From Patescibacteria group bacterium (lineage in GTDB: Bacteria; Patescibacteriota; Minisyncoccia; Phycocordibacterales; Phycocordibacteraceae), in NCBI GenBank assembly GCA_018969385.1, contig JAGWYL010000002.1, positions 289 to 64,288 of the forward strand: 64,000 nucleotides of DNA, in the 5' to 3' direction. The notes under the pieces were generated by a model. It had not been told where the DNA came from, ran no database searches, and saw only the letters and a list, made by a program, of their open reading frames with translations. Numbering within the stretch: the stretch's first letter is position 1; each line of letters opens with the position of its first letter. Shown here one piece after another: positions 8,472 through 15,939 of this stretch. The position numbers and the translations under genes are program-made.

Positions 8472-10538
8472 ATGGAACTCATCCGTTCGTTCGCACGGAT
8501 TGGGAAGGATGATGCCGCTCTCGCCGGCGGGAAGGGCGCGTCCTTGGGAGAGATGACACGGGTCGGCATACCGGTGCCGCCCGGATTTGTCATCCTCGCG
8601 GGCGCGTTCGAGCGGTTCATCGAGGAGACGGATGTCAATGTGGAAATAGACGCGCTCCTTAGCACCGTGGATACGCGAGACATGCACACGGTGGAAGAAG
8701 CGTCCGGCAAGATTCAGTCGCTCATCCAGCAAGCGACGATGCCCGAAGACATCCGCACGGCAATCATGCAGAGCTTCACGGAGCTCGGCGCGGAATTCGT
8801 CGCGGTACGCTCAAGCGCGACCGCAGAGGACAGCGCGTCGGACGCGTGGGCCGGCCAGCTCGACACGTACCTCAACACCACGGAAGCGGATGTGGTCGCG
8901 AACGTGCAGCGGTGCTGGGCGTCCCTCTTCACGCCGCGCGCCATCTTCTATCGTTTCGAGAAGGGACTCGACGCGACGAAGATATCGGTGGCGGTCGTCG
9001 TGCAGAAGATGGTGCAGTCGGACGCAGCCGGCATCGCATTCTCCGTGCATCCGGTTACGGAGGATTACAACCAGCTCATCATCGAAGGCGGCTGGGGACT
9101 CGGCGAAGCAGTCGTTTCCGGACAGATAACGCCGGACTCGTACGTGGTCACGAAAGAACCGCGCGTCATCATCGACAAGAACATCTCCGAACAAGGTCGC
9201 GGACTGTTCCGCAAGGAAGGGGGCGGAAACGAATGGAAAGAGCTCGGCGCGAAAGGGAACGAGCAGGTGCTCTCTGACGAACAGATTCTCGCGCTTGCCG
9301 ATATCGTCATCGGCATCGAAGGGCACTACGGTTTCCCGGTGGATGTCGAATGGGCGATGGAGGACGGTACGTTCTACATAACGCAGAGCCGGCCCATCAC
9401 CACGCTCACCCCGCCGGTCGCGAAGGAGCCGCCCGATGGTGAAGAAGAACGCGCGAAAAGTGATTCTGAATCATCAACGGAGCGCGGAAACACAGCCGCA
9501 TACGTGAGAGAGATTAAAGCGCTCGATTGGTACCAGGACTGGTCCGGCCTCTATTCGCAGATAGAAGCATCGCTCGACGCCGACGCGTACTTCGGTCATT
9601 TTGAGAACGCGTGCGGCATGCAGTTCTCTCACGCGCTCGTGACTCTCATCGGGGAGACGGCTATCGGGTGGCTTCCGACGAGCGAAGGGGAAGCGATAGG
9701 TGCGCACCTCGTGCGCAAGCTTCAAGAGCCCGCGTTCTTGAAAGAGTGGACGGAGAATTTCCGCAACTATTTCGATCAGGTCAGCGCATTCCTGAAACTG
9801 CCTCGAGAAGAGCTCCTCGCCCGTTACCGGGAATATGCAGACTTATATCCGCAACTGGCTCCCTATACCATCGGCACGAAGCTTGCGTTCAATGCGCTCC
9901 CGCTCGGAAGCGAGCCTATAGCGGCGGAACTGGAGAAGGTCAGGAAATATACGGAACGAATCTATAAGGATTCGGCACTCATGACGAGCGAGCTTTGTCG
10001 CACCATAGCGGAGCGTAGCGGGTATCCGACGGGTGCGGTCCGTACGCTGACGGTCGACGAGATTTCACGATACGGGACGAACGGCACGCTTCCTTCGCAA
10101 TCTACGCTCGAAGCGCGCGCACTAGCCGGTGCCGTGTATCTCATGCCGGGCAAGAGCGTTCTTCTCTCTCGCGACGAAACTGAAGACATCCTCGCGTCAT
10201 TTACGTCCGGCGTGATGAAGGACGGCGCGCTTGTCGGGACGTCCGCGCATCCGGGTATCGTGCAGGGCACGTGCCGCATCGTCTTCGATTTTCGGGACGC
10301 GGTCATGCACGACGGCGACATCCTGGTCACGCCCATGACCAATCCGTACTTCGTCCCGCTCATGAAGAAAGCGGGCGCCATCGTCACGGACGGTGGCGGG
10401 ATGCTCTCGCACGCGGCAATCGTCGCGCGGGAACTCGGCAAGCCCTGCATTATCGGCACGAAGGTCGCGACGCAGGTACTCAAAGACGGCGACATGGTGG
10501 AAGTGGATGCGGAGAAGGGGGTCGTACGGAAGGTATGA
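8472..10538 (+). CDS. PEP synthase/rifamycin-phosphotransferase-like protein: ATP-grasp + variable domain + C-terminal phospho-His swivel domain
   Basis: GGKGASLGEM, VAVRSSATAED, AGQLDT, GLGEAVVSG, DVEWA, QSRPIT; C-terminal TDGGGMLSHAAIVARE; no pyruvate-binding TIM barrel. Confidence 0.88.
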   Translation: MELIRSFARIGKDDAALAGGKGASLGEMTRVGIPVPPGFVILAGAFERFIEETDVNVEIDALLSTVDTRDMHTVEEASGKIQSLIQQATMPEDIRTAIMQSFTELGAEFVAVRSSATAEDSASDAWAGQLDTYLNTTEADVVANVQRCWASLFTPRAIFYRFEKGLDATKISVAVVVQKMVQSDAAGIAFSVHPVTEDYNQLIIEGGWGLGEAVVSGQITPDSYVVTKEPRVIIDKNISEQGRGLFRKEGGGNEWKELGAKGNEQVLSDEQILALADIVIGIEGHYGFPVDVEWAMEDGTFYITQSRPITTLTPPVAKEPPDGEEERAKSDSESSTERGNTAAYVREIKALDWYQDWSGLYSQIEASLDADAYFGHFENACGMQFSHALVTLIGETAIGWLPTSEGEAIGAHLVRKLQEPAFLKEWTENFRNYFDQVSAFLKLPREELLARYREYADLYPQLAPYTIGTKLAFNALPLGSEPIAAELEKVRKYTERIYKDSALMTSELCRTIAERSGYPTGAVRTLTVDEISRYGTNGTLPSQSTLEARALAGAVYLMPGKSVLLSRDETEDILASFTSGVMKDGALVGTSAHPGIVQGTCRIVFDFRDAVMHDGDILVTPMTNPYFVPLMKKAGAIVTDGGGMLSHAAIVARELGKPCIIGTKVATQVLKDGDMVEVDAEKGVVRKV

Positions 10539-11986
10539 AGCTGCGCGAACGAGTGGAGGCGGTGCAGGACTGGGCAATCCTTAACAGCAGCGGAGTGCCG
10601 TACATACTAGGCGTCGCGCTCCGTCAATTCACAGAAGAAGTACGGAAGCGCTATCCCGACAATACCGTCATGCCGATGTGCGGTGCGCATTTCACGAAAG
10701 CGGGTTCGGTCATCCAGTTCCTTGCAGCCGCAGAACCGTATGGCCGCTCCTTCGAGAAGATAATCGCTGAGCCGGAGATGCTCGCTCGCGCGTATGCGGA
10801 CTTCGAAGCAGCCGAAGAATCGCTTAAGGCGTTTGCTGTGAAGTCGCAAGAGGACGAAGAGTATCGCGAGTTCCAGTACCCGGCATTCATACGGGCGTAT
10901 GATGCTATGTACGCTTCCGGACTACTGGTCGACGGCACGCTCATTTCCGGAGAGAAGGTATTCTCGTCCGTCTTGGAGCGGTACCCGGCTCATGCGCAGG
11001 CACTCCGCTCTTTCGCGCAATCCGAAGGGCTTACATTCAATGCACGATATCGCCGTGCTGAGTTGCGCTTCGCGAAAGAGATTGAAGAGGGAAGCGTGAG
11101 TCAAGCCGAAGCCGCCGTCTCGCTCGCACGGGACTTCTACTGGATGCACAACAATTACAAGAACGTTTCGGCGCTGCCCGTCTCATTCTTCGCAGGACAG
11201 CTTGAGGAAGCGCGCAAAGAGTCATCGGATAGCCGTGACACGGAGCTTGCGGAACTTGATACGTATGCGGAGCATCGCGCCGCCTTATGTGCGTCGCTCC
11301 GGCGCGAAGCTGCTCTCTCAGACGCAGACTACGAGACGCTCACGTGGTTCGGACGCATCACCTGGTGGGTCGATAGGCGCAAGGAGTGCAACCTCATCGC
11401 GAATCACCTCATAGGTAAGCATCTCACCCGTGTAGCGGCACAGCACGACATTCCTTACGAGGACGCCGCTTTTCTTCTCCCGTGGGAACTGGAAGCCGTT
11501 TTCAGCGGCAAGCGTACGATTGACTCCTTCAATCTGTCTGCGCGAAGAGAGGAGAGCATATACTTCCACGACGAAGACGGCGAAGGATTCTTCGTCACTG
11601 GAACAGAGTCCAAGGAGCTTTGGCGTAAGATATCGCCGCCTGTCTCTTCCGAGGATGCGGAAATCAAGGGCACGGTAGCCCAAAAGGGCGTGGCGCGCGG
11701 CATCGCGCGTATCGTGCCGGTCGCGCACCATCCAGGCACGTTCAATTCTGGCGATATCCTCGTCACCGGCATGACGCGGCCGGATTTCCTCGGGCTCATG
11801 AAGAAGGCCGCCGCTTTCGTCACGGACGAAGGCGGCATAACCTGCCACGCCGCCATCGTCGCCCGCGAGATGAAGAAGCCGTGCGTCATCGGGACGAAGG
11901 TCGCGACGCAAGTCCTGAAGGACGGTGACCTCGTGGAAGTGGATGCGGAGAAGGGAGCCGTGCGCATCATCGAGCGTGCGGCATAA
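10535..11986 (+). CDS. PEP-utilizer mobile-domain protein: helical N-terminal domain + phospho-His swivel domain, no ATP-grasp
   Basis: ATGA overlap with the upstream stop; C-terminal GDILVTGMTRPD..TDEGGITCHAAIVARE. Confidence 0.85.
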   Translation: MKLRERVEAVQDWAILNSSGVPYILGVALRQFTEEVRKRYPDNTVMPMCGAHFTKAGSVIQFLAAAEPYGRSFEKIIAEPEMLARAYADFEAAEESLKAFAVKSQEDEEYREFQYPAFIRAYDAMYASGLLVDGTLISGEKVFSSVLERYPAHAQALRSFAQSEGLTFNARYRRAELRFAKEIEEGSVSQAEAAVSLARDFYWMHNNYKNVSALPVSFFAGQLEEARKESSDSRDTELAELDTYAEHRAALCASLRREAALSDADYETLTWFGRITWWVDRRKECNLIANHLIGKHLTRVAAQHDIPYEDAAFLLPWELEAVFSGKRTIDSFNLSARREESIYFHDEDGEGFFVTGTESKELWRKISPPVSSEDAEIKGTVAQKGVARGIARIVPVAHHPGTFNSGDILVTGMTRPDFLGLMKKAAAFVTDEGGITCHAAIVAREMKKPCVIGTKVATQVLKDGDLVEVDAEKGAVRIIERAA

Positions 11987-11993
11987 TAGCTGT

Positions 11994-13010
11994 ATGGAAC
12001 CCATGCATCTGACGAAAGAATACGAACGCGATATATCCGTCGTACTCGAGGAATGGTGGACACGCGGATTCGTCGACCTCATTCCTAAGCGATACGGACT
12101 TACGAATCCGGACCAGCCGTACGTCGTCTTCTATTCGACAGGAGAGAATCTCCAGATATGGGAGCATAAAGCGGCGTTCGATCGGTTCAAGGATTGGCTC
12201 CTTGGGAAGAACCAGGAAAGCCCGGCCTTCCTTGAATCCGTTATCGCCGCGTACCGTCCTGTCGCAGAGAAGGCAGCGGCTCATTTCGCGCGCGGTGCAG
12301 AAACCGAGCTGGACGCGGTCAAGGAGTACGCCGAACTCGCGCGTGAGGGCATCATGCTTTTCTCGATTTGGTATTACAGCGGGTATGACGAGCGGACACC
12401 GGAGGAGGTCCGGAAACTCGCGATAGCGCTTCGCGCGACTGACGAATTCTTCGCGCGGAACGATAAGCACATAAAGGACTCGCTCATCGCCCGCGGCGTT
12501 CCTGCGGAGTACGCCGGACTCGTCTTCCATGAAGAGTTCATTAGTCCGCCGCCGCGCGAGGTGCTTGCTACGCGCGCGGGCGGCATGGTGTCCATAGATG
12601 GCGATGTGCGTTTCAATATGACACTTACGGATTTTGCGGCTGCGCATCCCGGATATTCGTTCGAAGGACTGCACGCAGCAGGCGCTCCGGTGACGGAACT
12701 CAAGGGACAGGTGGCGCAGAAAGGGAAGGTGAGAGGTGCCGTGCGCATCGTAAAGAACAAGCGGCAGATGGAGAACGTCGCGGAAGGGGATATCCTCGTC
12801 TCGCCCATGACCACGCCTGATTTTCTTCCTGCGATGAAGAAAGCGGCGGCATTCGTGACCGATGAAGGCGGCATCATGTGCCACGCCGCCATCGTCGCGC
12901 GCGAGATGAAGAAGCCGTGCGTGATAGGGACGAAAATCGCTACGCAGGTGTTGAAAGACGGCGATCTCGTGGAAGTGGATGCGGAGAAGGGAATCGTGCG
13001 GAAGCTCTAG
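11994..13010 (+). CDS. PEP-utilizer mobile-domain protein: helical N-terminal domain + phospho-His swivel domain, no ATP-grasp
   Basis: C-terminal GDILVSPMTTPD..TDEGGIMCHAAIVARE. Confidence 0.85.
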   Translation: MEPMHLTKEYERDISVVLEEWWTRGFVDLIPKRYGLTNPDQPYVVFYSTGENLQIWEHKAAFDRFKDWLLGKNQESPAFLESVIAAYRPVAEKAAAHFARGAETELDAVKEYAELAREGIMLFSIWYYSGYDERTPEEVRKLAIALRATDEFFARNDKHIKDSLIARGVPAEYAGLVFHEEFISPPPREVLATRAGGMVSIDGDVRFNMTLTDFAAAHPGYSFEGLHAAGAPVTELKGQVAQKGKVRGAVRIVKNKRQMENVAEGDILVSPMTTPDFLPAMKKAAAFVTDEGGIMCHAAIVAREMKKPCVIGTKIATQVLKDGDLVEVDAEKGIVRKL

Positions 13011-13119
13011 GATGTCGCGACGCCTCCTTTCCTTAGTAGTTTTTGCATCGTAGTTTCGCGTTTCCCATCAGGCTGGATGCCTAGGCGGTAGCGCGGGCGA
13101 AAGTGGTACACTGGCAGGC

Positions 13120-13476
13120 ATGGAGATCCTGGTGACGCGCGAGCCGACTGATGAGAAGACGCTTCGCGCGCTCGCGGATGCGTGGTTCGGCGACATGGTG
13201 AAGGGCGCGATAGACATCGCGCGCGGCACCCTTGCGCTCGGCGGCGACTGGCACATGGATGCGAACGTAAAGCTCATAGAGGACGGCTCGTCGCAGGAGG
13301 ACGTATGGGGATTCAACGTCTATCCGGAGAAGCGCGGCGATGACGCCATCGAATACATATCGCTCATCAACATCCGTCCGCGGCAGGGGAATCGCGATAT
13401 GGAACTACAGGATCCGACCCTGCGCAGGAAGGTGCGGGAGACGGTCGCGCACGCGATACCCTTCCTCGGCCTATGA
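13120..13476 (+). CDS. DUF5674-like protein
   Basis: FGDMVKGAIDI..GGDWHMD..GSSQEDVWGFN..SLINIRPRQGN pattern (recognised from memory); TACACT -10 box 7 nt upstream. Confidence 0.7.
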   Translation: MEILVTREPTDEKTLRALADAWFGDMVKGAIDIARGTLALGGDWHMDANVKLIEDGSSQEDVWGFNVYPEKRGDDAIEYISLINIRPRQGNRDMELQDPTLRRKVRETVAHAIPFLGL

Positions 13477-13754
13477 ATCGCGACGCGCGCTTTTATTTCA
13501 TGAATCTGTGCGCGGACGTCGCGCGCTCGACCGCCGCGGCCGAGCGCGGGGATGAAAACGCGCTTATCAATTCGCGCGCGCGGATAGGGAAGACGCTCGA
13601 ATACCTGCGCCGCGAAAAGAATCCGGCGGCGTATGAAGAAGGACTGCTGCTCGTGCGCGGTTTCGAGCTTGCTCGCGCATCCGGAGCGCTTCCATCTTTC
13701 GGTTCGAACATGAGCGTGCTCATGCGTCCGCTCTCGTCGCGCGAACTCGTTTGA
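13473..13754 (+). CDS. Small helical protein translationally coupled to the DUF5674-like gene
   Basis: ATGA overlap; 93 aa, helical pattern (MNLCADVARS..). Confidence 0.6.
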   Translation: MNRDARFYFMNLCADVARSTAAAERGDENALINSRARIGKTLEYLRREKNPAAYEEGLLLVRGFELARASGALPSFGSNMSVLMRPLSSRELV

Positions 13755-13930
13755 ACGCGGGACGGATTTGCGAACGCAGCGAGTCGTTGCATACTTGTCG
13801 TATCGCCCGCCTCCCTTAGGGCGGACGAGGGATGATGCAGTGTCACGGTGCGGGACTATGCGCGCGGTGACGGGGTACTGGCACTCCCATCATCCGGCCA
13901 GGACAGGCCATAACGGTAAGGAGAAGGTCT

Positions 13931-14599
13931 TTGAAGATGATAGACGTGAACAAACTCCTTGTGACGGGACAGGTGCCCGCGTACCTGGTGGCGAAGTGGG
14001 AAGAGAGGTGGGGTGTGAACCCCACGGTCATCGCGGCGAAGGTTTTCCGGAATCAGCGCATCGTTGACCGGACGAACCTCATTGCGTTCGGCATTACGGG
14101 TGCGGTTCTTATGCTGACTATCCTCTATGGCACGGCGAAGCTCATCTGGTCCCACCTGTCGCCGGATGACGTGACGTACCTGATGGCGTCGGACCTCGCT
14201 GTCGTTTTCATCTGCGGGTCCGTGGGCATGACGGCAATGATGCGGTTCAAGACGCTGGACTTCGAGCTGTTTCCGCGTGAAGCATGCGGGTTCGACGTCC
14301 TCTACAGCTGGTTCGTCTCCGCAAGCGGAAAGACCGCAGAGGAGCTTGCGCCGCAGGACGGCACCCGGCTTCGCGCCATCGCGAAGCAGATACTCGTGGA
14401 CCTCGCGCTCATGGTACTCAAGGCGGAAGCCAAGACGAGAAGCGCGGACGGGAGCGAACCCGACACGAAGCTCAAAGAAGCCGAGGTCGCGTGTCGCCGC
14501 ACCTTCGACAAGGGTCTCATCGAGATGCAGCGTCTCTTGCCCATTGATGCGGACAAGAACGTCTACTACCGCGAAGCGAGAAAGCAATTCGCTTCGTGA
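13931..14599 (+). CDS. Hypothetical two-TM membrane protein (paralog of 14990..15625)
   Basis: SD aaggag upstream, two hydrophobic helices, own terminator. Confidence 0.7.
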   Translation: MKMIDVNKLLVTGQVPAYLVAKWEERWGVNPTVIAAKVFRNQRIVDRTNLIAFGITGAVLMLTILYGTAKLIWSHLSPDDVTYLMASDLAVVFICGSVGMTAMMRFKTLDFELFPREACGFDVLYSWFVSASGKTAEELAPQDGTRLRAIAKQILVDLALMVLKAEAKTRSADGSEPDTKLKEAEVACRRTFDKGLIEMQRLLPIDADKNVYYREARKQFAS

Positions 14600-14612
14600 G
14601 CCCTCATAGGGC

Positions 14613-14646
14613 GGGGCGGACCATCAATGGCCCGCCTTTCTTTTTA
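14613..14646 (+). terminator. Intrinsic terminator, nearly identical to that at 15646
   Basis: ggggcggacca-tcaa-tggcccgcctttcttttt. Confidence 0.75.
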
Positions 14647-14729
14647 TTCCGAAGTCCGGCCGCGCGACTGAAAGAGCAGGGAAATTGCGGGCAAGATGTT
14701 AACGACTCACCGCGTTCGCAAATCCGTCC

Positions 14730-14764
14730 CATAACGCTAGGACATCGGATGTCCTAGCGTTATG
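14730..14764. repeat. Family-B palindrome (17-bp arms)
   Basis: cataacgctaggacatc-g-gatgtcctagcgttatg; same core as the trmD insert. Confidence 0.88.
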
Positions 14765-14827
14765 TCCTCACTGATTGCGCTCGCGCGTTCGCGGTCATGC
14801 GAGCAGGTAAGCGGCAAGGCACAGAAG

Positions 14828-14989
14828 TTGCGTCCGTGCTAATTTTATGGTATAGATTTTCCACCTCGTGTCTTGCCTTAGACAGAGGTGGATGTTGAAA
14901 GTTCCGCAGCTTCCTTGAAGCCTGCTGCGGATGAGGGTTGAATCCTCGATACGTCCGGCGGTTGAACGCCTATAGGCTTGGAGTGAACC
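14828..14989 (+). promoter_or_regulatory. Sigma70-type promoter and structured 5' leader
   Basis: TTGCGT-17-TATAGA with a TG extension, then four hairpins and repeated TTGAA motifs. Confidence 0.5.
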
Positions 14990-15625
14990 TTGATGAAACT
15001 GAGATATCTCGTCCACTGTGCGGACAGACGGGAGATTCCCGAAACGCTCGAACTGAACTGGGCGAAACGTACCGGTTTCATGCCGGTGAAAGACGCTATC
15101 AGGCTCGAGCACGGCTGTGCGAACTACCGGCTCGTCGGCTATGTGCTCTGCTTCCTGCTTGCGACACAGCTCATCACGCTGTTCGGCCTGCGGCAAGAAG
15201 ATATGTATCTGTCTTCCGGCGTTGCTCACTTCATCGGCATATCCGTGGGAGTTCTCATCGCGAGCATCGTCTTAGCTTTCGTCTGGGGCTACGGCCGGAT
15301 AGCGGAAGTCGGCGACAAGGCGAGGTATGAAGACGCGAAAGCATTTGCCGCAGCGTTCGCTGCGTTCCTCGAGTGGACCTGCAAGTGGCCACAGGAGTTG
15401 CCGAAGGATTCCGAGGAACTCCGCATGCTTGCGGACAAAGTGCTCTTCGACGCTGCGGGACAGCTTCAGGAACACGAAGCGAGCGACCACACGGCAAAAG
15501 GCTACCTTGCGCACCACGGCGCGCTCCATGCGGAGTTCACGAAGCGGCACACGGCGCTCGTCATGATGGGGCTTGCCGTCCCAGACTGGTCTGACTATTT
15601 CAAGAGCGGCGCAAAGGCCGCGTAA
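14990..15625 (+). CDS. Hypothetical two-TM membrane protein (paralog of 13931..14599)
   Basis: SD ggag, two hydrophobic helices, motifs align with the upstream ORF. Confidence 0.7.
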   Translation: MMKLRYLVHCADRREIPETLELNWAKRTGFMPVKDAIRLEHGCANYRLVGYVLCFLLATQLITLFGLRQEDMYLSSGVAHFIGISVGVLIASIVLAFVWGYGRIAEVGDKARYEDAKAFAAAFAAFLEWTCKWPQELPKDSEELRMLADKVLFDAAGQLQEHEASDHTAKGYLAHHGALHAEFTKRHTALVMMGLAVPDWSDYFKSGAKAA

Positions 15626-15645
15626 ACGGTTTCTTTCGCTTTTTT

Positions 15646-15678
15646 GGGGCGGACCAGCGATGGCCCGCCTTTCTTTTT
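15646..15678 (+). terminator. Intrinsic terminator
   Basis: ggggcggacca-gcga-tggcccgcctttcttttt. Confidence 0.75.
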
Positions 15679-15939
15679 GTTCCCAGCACCCTTGCCCACG
15701 CCGCTTGCGCATCGGCCCTTGGCCGTGAGCGTTGTCCACAACGCGGAAGCGGGTGTGGGGGCTTGCGCCTATGCACGGAGGCTGGTATCTTTAGGACTAC
15801 CAGAGCGGATTGAGTAACGGTGGGGCATCTGGGGGCCACATTTTAATTACCAAGAAGCGTCTCGATATGACGAGAGACGTCCTCCGTACCTGCGCGGAGC
15901 TTTCGTTATTTTCCGACCTTCTCTAAGGACCTTTCCTCT

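Larger units (their letters stand above)
13759..14730. mobile_element. Non-autonomous cassette with ~30-bp terminal inverted repeats carrying one membrane-protein gene
   Basis: Left gggacggatttgcgaacgcagcgagtcgtt (13759-13788) vs reverse complement of 14701-14730 gggacggatttgcgaacgcggtgagtcgtt: 28/30 identical; no transposase inside. Confidence 0.65.

Noticed and set aside
8472-10538. Calling this gene ppsA or a true rifampicin phosphotransferase
   Set aside because: There is no pyruvate-binding barrel; the middle domain is short and not recognisable as the rifamycin-binding domain; RpoB already looks resistant.
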